A stretch of 64,000 nucleotides of DNA from Clostridia bacterium (GTDB lineage Bacteria > Bacillota > Clostridia > Christensenellales > UBA1242), in assembly GCA_041663585.1 (NCBI GenBank), contig JBAYMN010000003.1:2438-66437 (forward strand), written 5' to 3'. A program made the translations under genes and the position numbers. How positions within the stretch are numbered: position 1 is the first letter of the stretch; each line of letters starts with the position of its first letter. Positions 62,804 through 64,000 of this stretch are shown here, in pieces. Under the pieces are notes generated by a model that was not told the origin of the DNA, ran no database searches, and was given only the letters and a program-made list of their open reading frames with translations.

Positions 62804-63711
62804 TTATTTTCTCCTTTGTAATTTGTGATTACAATTTCAGTAACATTGCCTCTTTTTTCGGCTTGACAATTTATCATACGCTTAGCGGATATTCTTTGAA
62901 GGTTAAAATCCTTATACAATTCATCAAAAAAGTTATCATTTGAATTAATATTTTTCGGATCCGAATTACTAAGCATAAGTAAAGAACCTGTTTTATTGAC
63001 TTTTTTATAAAAATCTGCAAGTTTAATTTGTTCTTCATCATCAAACCCATTTTTTGAATAATTCACAAATGAGCCGAATTCCGCTAATGGTCTATATGGT
63101 GGGTCAAAATAAACAAAAGTATCTTTAATTAAATATTTTTCACACTCAGTATAATCGCCATATATGATATCTACATTTTGCAATAATTTTCCTACTAATG
63201 TTATATTTTTGGAGTCACAAATCATTGGACTTTTATATCTTCCGTGCGGAACATTAAACTCGCCTTTGCTATTAACTCTGTATAGCCCATTATAACAAGT
63301 TTTATTTAAAAAAATAAAATCTGCGGCTTTTTTAAAATCATATTTACCATTTAAATGAATTTCATTATACTCTTTGCGGGCATTGTAATATAATTCTGCT
63401 CTCATTTTTTCATCTAATATTAAATACTGATTTTGTAATTCGCTTAACTTCCTAATAACTTGGGCTGAATCAGCTTTAATACATCTATAACAATTAATTA
63501 ATTCTTTATTTATATCAATAATTACTGCTTTTTTTATGTTGTATTTTTGAATCACATCAAAAAACACTGCACCGCCACCAATAAACGGTTCAATATAAAT
63601 TTCAATATTTCCTTGTTTTAATTGTAATGGGTACAAACCTTCAAACTTGTTTAAAAGTTGTCCTTTACCGCCTGCCCATTTCAAAAATGGTTTAGCAACA
63701 TTTTCACACAT
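62800..63711 (-). CDS. Dam-family DNA adenine methyltransferase (DpnM-like)
   Basis: KPFLKWAGGK, EPFIGGGAV, LNKTCYNGLYRVN, YFDPPY, MLSNS. Confidence 0.95.
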   Translation of the reverse strand: MCENVAKPFLKWAGGKGQLLNKFEGLYPLQLKQGNIEIYIEPFIGGGAVFFDVIQKYNIKKAVIIDINKELINCYRCIKADSAQVIRKLSELQNQYLILDEKMRAELYYNARKEYNEIHLNGKYDFKKAADFIFLNKTCYNGLYRVNSKGEFNVPHGRYKSPMICDSKNITLVGKLLQNVDIIYGDYTECEKYLIKDTFVYFDPPYRPLAEFGSFVNYSKNGFDDEEQIKLADFYKKVNKTGSLLMLSNSDPKNINSNDNFFDELYKDFNLQRISAKRMINCQAEKRGNVTEIVITNYKGENK

Positions 63712-63808
63712 TAAACATTCTCCAAGTTGTAAGTTGTAAAAATAATATTATATAAATATATTATCATATTAAACAAAAAAAGTATATTAGATTTTTCCTT
63801 ACAACTAT

Positions 63809-63846
63809 AAAAATCCACTCCTAACAAATTAGAGAGTGGATTTTTT
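63809..63846. terminator. Terminator separating the upstream gene from the R-M cassette
   Basis: AAAATCCACTC...GAGTGGATTTT inverted repeat. Confidence 0.7.
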
Positions 63847-63870
63847 GTTTTACAACATTATTATAGTCAG

Positions 63871-64000
63871 TTATTCAAGCGGAACAATTATCTTTCTCAA
63901 AATATCGTTTTCGTGAAGCTTATAAGGAGTTTTAATTAAAATTTGTTGTTTTACTAAAAGTGCATCAGTTATTGGTTCGTTTTCTAGATTTTTCATATCT
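63871..64000 (-). CDS. 3' end of a gene, probably a U32-family peptidase (cut by window edge)
   Basis: Hand translation ...NEPITDALLVKQQILIKTPYKLHENDILRKIIVPLE* resembles the U32 C-terminal barrel; U32 genes often lie near sigK in Clostridia. Confidence 0.5.
   Translation of the reverse strand, partial: DMKNLENEPITDALLVKQQILIKTPYKLHENDILRKIIVPLE

Noticed and set aside
59641-63711. skin-like element interrupting sigK and carrying the R-M genes
   Set aside because: sigK is intact through region 4.2, and no recombinase or att repeat is visible.

Overview
AT-rich chromosomal window (roughly 30% GC by eye) from a spore-forming Clostridia-type bacterium. Support: genetic code 11, type A RNase P RNA, pro-sigmaK and SpoVM; a Christensenellales-like lineage is only an inference. 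Most of 16.7-59.3 kb is minus-strand housekeeping DNA: fakA, rpmB, rpe-rsgA-rlmN-rsmB-fmt-def-priA-rpoZ, gatCAB, ligA, pcrA, rpsU, hrcA-grpE-dnaK-dnaJ-rsmE-mtaB-HIT, trmFO-topA-dprA-comM, rplS, ylxM-ffh-rpsP-khpA-rimM-trmD-rbgA-yraN and rnpB. Accessory DNA sits at both ends. Left end: the right arm of an island with a GDP-heptose pathway, closed by a 3'-only tRNA-Leu(TAA) fragment (attR-like). It is followed by a P-type ATPase, then an ECF sigma / anti-sigma pair whose upstream lipoprotein gene is a full-length paralog of the anti-sigma sensor domain and has an ECF-type promoter with an RBS-occluding hairpin. Next comes an operon with a YwaF/TMEM164-like membrane domain fused to an ABC ATPase, a permease and two Ig-domain surface proteins. 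Right end: sigK preceded by a GC-rich multi-hairpin element, and a DpnII-type R-M cassette with an extra Mrr-like nuclease fused to a B3-like domain. Features absent from the ORF track: an edge-truncated methyltransferase, spoVM, rpsU, an rnhB remnant, rnpB, the L19 leader, a tandem CIRCE and a REP-like dispersed repeat. All identifications come from motif recognition by eye; no database search was run.
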